Assembly (NCBI GenBank): GCA_934661135.1
Contig: CAKUJA010000045.1
Coordinates: 1 to 18,604 of the forward strand
Origin: an uncultured Oscillospiraceae bacterium
Lineage (GTDB): Bacteria > Bacillota > Clostridia > Oscillospirales > Oscillospiraceae
Reading direction: 5' to 3'
Length of the DNA stretch: 18,604 nt
How positions within the stretch are numbered: the first letter of the stretch is position 1; every line of letters begins with the position of its first letter. Position numbers and translations under genes: made by a program. The notes beneath the pieces were generated by a model. It did not search any database. It was not told the origin of the DNA and worked only from the letters and a program-made list of their open reading frames with translations. Shown piece by piece: positions 15,924-18,604 of this stretch.

Positions 15924-16160
15924 GGCACTAACTCGATGGTTTTGGCTCTGGCTCATATTCACGATCGACTCTCGCTTGCACAGCTTGCAGTACAGCGGGA
16001 AGTCTGTCAGCACGGTCGTCGGCCGCACACGCTGCTGCGTTGGCCGCCCGCACAACGGGCAAATCAACTTCCCATCTGCTGACACTAACAGTATATCACG
16101 CCGTTTCTCAGATTGCAAGTCCTTTTGTCGCTCCTTCCCAGTATTTATATATTGTTTCAA
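15912..16160 (-). CDS. cysteine-rich KTR-domain-type zinc-ribbon mini-protein
   Basis: The segment ...KLICPLCGRPTQQRVRPTTVLTDFPLYCKLCKRESIVNM fits the Cys_rich_KTR pattern CP.CG.......(D/T)T.L.(N/D)FPL.C..CK.E.(L/I)(I/V). The track start is TTG 16160. An alternative TTG at 16118 lies 12 nt after GGGAAGGAG and would give 68 aa, closer to the family's typical size. Confidence 0.7.
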   Translation of the reverse strand: MKQYINTGKERQKDLQSEKRRDILLVSADGKLICPLCGRPTQQRVRPTTVLTDFPLYCKLCKRESIVNMSQSQNHRVSASAK

Positions 16161-16175
16161 GTCAAAATATAGATA

Positions 16176-16886
16176 TTAAGTTTGCAAAGCCGGGATTTCG
16201 AAATCGTAGGTCACGAAGGTTCCGTAACAGTTTTCAATGCGCTCCGGGAACTTTCCGCCCTCGAAGGCCGAAGCGCCCGGCGGCGGTGAGTAGTGCTCGC
16301 CCGGCGCAAGCTCGATGTCGTGCCGCTCCGGCTGTACCAGCCCGATACTTGGTGTCCACATCCGAGCGCCGACCCGGAGTTTGCCGGTTTTGCGCGGCTC
16401 CTTGGTCATGTACTGCGCGACGGCACGATAGCCGCCGAACTCTTCAATGCTCACCACATCGACAAAGCCTTTGCCCCACAGTTCACGGAATAGGGCGATA
16501 TCGTTGCCCGGTGCGCGCTTGGTCACGAAATGGTGATGGATGCGATGGTCGCCGTGCAGTCCCTCCATGACGTACACATAATCAAATGGAAGATCTTCTT
16601 CCCGGCGCGCCTGCCGCAGCTTGCGGAAGTAGGCCGGCTGATTCTTCCGAGCCGTCTCATAGTTTGGTGGAAGGAAGTCCTCGTCATAGGTCAACGTCAC
16701 AAACCAATCATCTAGTGCAAAGTTTGCATAAAGCAGAAATTCCAACCGCATACAGGCGGTCTTGATGTTCACGGCCTCCCGCACAAGGCTGGTCTCAAAT
16801 TGTTTCGACGCCCGCGTTCGCTTCTGCTGCGGCGCGGACGCAAGCTCAATTGCGCGGAATCTGGTTCCGGCTCGTAGCTCTATCAC
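16176..16886 (-). CDS. HUH-superfamily rolling-circle replication initiator (Rep)-like protein
   Basis: Motif I is DWFVTLTYDEDF, motif II (HUH) is GDHRIHHHFVT and motif III is GGYRAVAQYMTKEPRK, in canonical order with ~50 and ~45 aa spacings. The protein is 236 aa from GTG 16886, which has a weak SD; an internal ATG at 16751 (MRLEFLLYANF...) is an alternative start. Confidence 0.8.
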   Translation of the reverse strand: MIELRAGTRFRAIELASAPQQKRTRASKQFETSLVREAVNIKTACMRLEFLLYANFALDDWFVTLTYDEDFLPPNYETARKNQPAYFRKLRQARREEDLPFDYVYVMEGLHGDHRIHHHFVTKRAPGNDIALFRELWGKGFVDVVSIEEFGGYRAVAQYMTKEPRKTGKLRVGARMWTPSIGLVQPERHDIELAPGEHYSPPPGASAFEGGKFPERIENCYGTFVTYDFEIPALQT

Positions 16887-16917
16887 TCGACTGATGTTAT
16901 CATCCCTTTCTTTGTGT

Positions 16918-16941
16918 GCCAGCCCGGAGATCCGGGCTGGC
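16918..16941. repeat. perfect inverted repeat (10-bp GC-rich stem, 4-nt loop), candidate Rep nick site or origin hairpin
   Basis: The plus strand reads GCCAGCCCGG-AGAT-CCGGGCTGGC. It is flanked by direct TATCATCC copies at 16898-16905 and 16944-16951. It lies 31 nt upstream of the Rep ORF start, and no U-tract follows on either strand. Confidence 0.6.
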
Positions 16942-16963
16942 TATATCATCCGGCTGATCCTCC
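16925..16963. repeat. repeat copy A (blocks cggagatc and catccggct plus an SD-like cctcc)
   Basis: On the plus strand, cggagatc lies at 16925-16932 and catccggct at 16947-16955, 14 nt apart. It is colinear with copy B, 1098-1099 bp away. Confidence 0.4.
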
Positions 16964-17007
16964 CCGCCACGGCAATGGCATCCCGCGCGGGCAAACGTCC
17001 AAATCAT

Positions 17008-17229
17008 TTATAATTCGTCCGGATTGATACCAAATGCTTTAAGAACTGTGTTGGGAACGCCAGGTCGGTTGCGAAGGATTTGCAAGTACAGCAGCGGCTT
17101 CAATGCGAGGTAGAGACATTCGTAGTTTGTGCAATTGTACACTTTGTGCGCAAAGCGCATAGCTTGGTTTGCTTCGTTCCTGGTGGCTCCGCAGGCCATC
17201 AGCAATTTACAGCAGCGTTTCCGCGTCAT
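17008..17229 (-). CDS. hypothetical protein (73 aa)
   Basis: The track ORF is 17008..17319. The likely start is ATG 17229 (MTRKRCCKLLMACGATRNEANQAMRFA...), with GGAGG 9 nt upstream; ATG 17235 is also possible. I recognised no family. Confidence 0.5.
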   Translation of the reverse strand: MTRKRCCKLLMACGATRNEANQAMRFAHKVYNCTNYECLYLALKPLLYLQILRNRPGVPNTVLKAFGINPDEL

Positions 17230-17374
17230 CTTCATAAACCTCCGTTTCTTCCGATTGCAGCGCGTCCAGCACCGCTTTCGAGCGGCGATACAGGCTCCGC
17301 GCCTTGAGCCAGACAACAATGCCCAGCGCGATCCACTCGATCAGCGCCAGCAGATTCAAAATATCAAGGATCAT
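17207..17374 (-). CDS. small single-pass membrane protein (55 aa)
   Basis: The track ORF is 17207..17389. The third ATG (17374) has GGAGG 8 nt upstream. The product MILDILNLLALIEWIALGIVVWLKARSLYRRSK... has one hydrophobic helix followed by basic and then acidic tails. Confidence 0.5.
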   Translation of the reverse strand: MILDILNLLALIEWIALGIVVWLKARSLYRRSKAVLDALQSEETEVYEDDAETLL

Positions 17375-17392
17375 TTTCATTTCCTCCATCCA

Positions 17393-17701
17393 TTAAAACG
17401 CCCCCCAAGATTCCCGGCAGCATCCCGATGCTGGATTTCCCAGTCGCGTGGTATCTTCCGATATTTTCATTTTCTCAATTTCTTGCTTAATTTTCTCCCA
17501 TTCTTGAGCATACCACTTGTCACTCCGTGCGCGCCGTTCTTCCGGCGTTTCCGCGAAAAGGTCTACATTCTCCGGAATGTCAAGGAGTTTCTTCGCGAAT
17601 TTCTCCGCCGCAGCCTCCGGCGTTTCCTCCTCTGACTGAAGAAACGCTATCAGCAGCAGCGTATCGAAAACAAGGCCCCAGTCAGCGGCGCTTTCATTCA
17701 C
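17393..17701 (-). CDS. hypothetical acidic protein (~102 aa)
   Basis: The track ORF 17393..17851 overlaps the upstream gene heavily. GTG 17701 has GGAGG 8 nt upstream; ATG 17716 is the alternative. I recognised no family. Confidence 0.45.
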   Translation of the reverse strand: MNESAADWGLVFDTLLLIAFLQSEEETPEAAAEKFAKKLLDIPENVDLFAETPEERRARSDKWYAQEWEKIKQEIEKMKISEDTTRLGNPASGCCRESWGAF

Positions 17702-18071
17702 CTTCGTTCCCTCCATCCATCTTCGCCCCGCATTTGCCGCAGTAATTGTGCCAGCGGGAGCAGAGAACAGCGCCGCACACCGGACAATGGTCATATGGAA
17801 CTTTCGCATATACCATATTTTTGATATAAACGTTAGAACCGTCCGATGCAAATACCCCGCGCGCTTCGTGGTATTCGGTAATTGTCACCTCACGAATTTT
17901 TGTTATAGGCTTCCCACGCACCACCGGCGCAACGTCGGCGGCGGGAGCGTTTCTTATCTCTCTTAGTGCAACTGAATACGCATAATGCTCACCAGATCCT
18001 TCCGTGGTGTGCTCCTCGTAATACTTCATACGCGCAACTAAACTGCTCCTAGCAAGATATTCGTCGGTCAT
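17694..18071 (-). CDS. phage hypothetical protein with C-terminal zinc ribbon
   Basis: ATG at 18071 has GAGGAGGG 9 nt upstream. It has an N-terminal M.DEY(L/I).R motif, a central ...APAADVAPVVRGK... and a C-terminal CPVCG...-x11-CGKCGAKMDGG. This composite pattern is common in Firmicute phage early regions (from memory); its function is unknown. Confidence 0.7.
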   Translation of the reverse strand: MTDEYLARSSLVARMKYYEEHTTEGSGEHYAYSVALREIRNAPAADVAPVVRGKPITKIREVTITEYHEARGVFASDGSNVYIKNMVYAKVPYDHCPVCGAVLCSRWHNYCGKCGAKMDGGNEGE

Positions 18072-18139
18072 TTAAGAAGTCCCTCCTCATAGTGCTTCCA
18101 GCGCATCCTCGCGCCGGATATATTCGTCAGCCATCGTCA

Positions 18140-18361
18140 TCATCTCCACCCAAAATTCCGTCCGCACAACGGGCAGTACCGAATGTTTACGATGTCCTGT
18201 GTCTCAAAGTCGCCGTTTGGAGCGCACCCAGCTCGGACGCGGAGCATCCCTTGCCGATTCAGTGCCATTTCAATGCCGCTGTATTCTTTGGTTTGATTCA
18301 TCGGAACAAAGCTATTGTCTTTTCCACCGCAATAGTCGCATTTAATCATCCTTCTTGCCAT
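18140..18361 (-). CDS. zinc-ribbon mini-protein (73 aa)
   Basis: It has CDYCGG near the N-terminus and CPLCGRNF near the C-terminus. The start is ATG 18361 or ATG 18349. It overlaps the upstream gene. Confidence 0.65.
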   Translation of the reverse strand: MARRMIKCDYCGGKDNSFVPMNQTKEYSGIEMALNRQGMLRVRAGCAPNGDFETQDIVNIRYCPLCGRNFGWR

Positions 18362-18524
18362 CCTCGGTCGGTTTTAGCCATTCACGAATTCGCATCCCGC
18401 ATGAACAGCAAAGCTCGACGTCTTCCGTGTTTTCGCGATATGCGCCCCTTACGTTTACATACGTTGCCGAACTTGTAGGGTTTATTTCGGCTCCGCATCG
18501 GTCGCAGATTCTTTTTACCATCAT
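18342..18524 (-). CDS. zinc-ribbon mini-protein (59-60 aa)
   Basis: ATGATG at 18524/18521 follows a GGAGGG SD. It has CDRCG...-x32-CCSCG and a basic/acidic tail. It overlaps the stop of the upstream partial gene (ATGA-type coupling). Confidence 0.65.
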   Translation of the reverse strand: MMVKRICDRCGAEINPTSSATYVNVRGAYRENTEDVELCCSCGMRIREWLKPTEDGKKDD

Positions 18525-18604
18525 TTTCCCTCCATTTCCGCCAGCGCCTTTTCAGCTTCTTCGCGCGTCAAAAAGACGGTTTTGCCGAAGTTTTTGCTGC
18601 TGAC
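18521..18604 (-). CDS. C-terminal end of a hypothetical protein (CDS enters from the right edge)
   Basis: The frame is open from 18604 to TGA 18523-18521 and reads ...VSSKNFGKTVFLTREEAEKALAEMEGK. The (V)FLTREEAE.AL ending is a common C-terminus of small phage proteins (from memory). Confidence 0.4.
   Translation of the reverse strand, partial: VSSKNFGKTVFLTREEAEKALAEMEGK

Noticed and set aside
15385-16179. A 264-aa plus-strand ORF spanning the HNH gene, the terminators and the KTR gene
   Set aside because: It runs antisense through two recognisable genes and two hairpin terminators. It has no SD and a low-complexity Arg/Ser/Pro-rich product.
16141-16200. An AT-rich stretch between the Rep and KTR genes (TTGCAAACTTAATATCTATATTTTGACTTGAAACAATATATAAATAC) read as a sigma-70 type promoter
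   Set aside because: TTGACT and TTGCAA hexamers are present, but no -10-like hexamer lies at 16-18 nt spacing from either. The gap is only 15 nt of true intergenic sequence.
16918-16941. The GC-rich perfect hairpin read as an intrinsic terminator for the upstream 73-aa gene
   Set aside because: No U-tract follows it on the minus strand (ACACAAAGAAAGGG) or on the plus strand. It is treated instead as a structural or origin-like element.
17207-17374. The 55-aa single-pass membrane protein read as a holin
   Set aside because: It has only one hydrophobic segment, no adjacent endolysin, and sits in the early small-gene block rather than a lysis cassette. The evidence is insufficient.
17717-17851. 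N-terminal 45 codons of the 152-aa track ORF 17393..17851
   Set aside because: This extension lies wholly inside the well-supported 125-aa gene in another frame. Better starts with an SD exist at 17716 and 17701.
1-18604. tRNA, rRNA, CRISPR arrays, integrase, transposase or att sites
   Set aside because: The only non-coding gaps longer than 60 nt are 15409-15502, 15797-15911, 16887-17007 and 18072-18139. None has a cloverleaf-like structure, regularly spaced repeats or recombinase coding potential.

Overview
The window is almost entirely minus-strand coding and reads as part of a tailed temperate phage or prophage: an HK97-like head with a siphovirus-type tail and no sheath gene. The host looks like a GC-rich Firmicute, judging from GGAGG Shine-Dalgarno (SD) sites, frequent TTG/GTG starts and stop/start overlaps such as ATGA, TGATG and TAAATG; this host call is low confidence. 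In transcription order (right to left) there are three parts. (1) 18604-17008 holds a block of small, mutually overlapping genes, three of them CxxC...CxxC zinc-ribbon proteins of unknown function. (2) 17007-15800 holds a 1.1 kb unit with an HUH rolling-circle Rep-like gene and a Cys-rich KTR-type mini-protein. It is preceded by a perfect 10-bp hairpin with flanking short repeats and followed by two tandem intrinsic terminators. This unit is bracketed by colinear repeat blocks and is the most unusual thing here. (3) 15796-1 holds a complete late operon:
- HNH endonuclease
- a P27-like small-terminase domain fused in frame to the large terminase
- portal
- prohead protease
- HK97-fold major capsid protein with an N-terminal delta domain and a C-terminal Ig-like domain
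- four neck proteins
- phi13-type major tail protein
- G/GT tail chaperone with an A_AAA_AAC -1 frameshift site
- tape measure protein
- a large decorated Dit-like protein
- gpD/gp27-like hub
- OB-fold spike
- several small or Ig-like baseplate proteins
- a tail-fibre gene truncated at the left edge
I saw no rRNA, tRNA, CRISPR array, integrase or transposase. I judge all plus-strand ORFs in the track to be antisense artefacts of GC-rich coding sequence. All family assignments are by-eye motif recognition, not searches.
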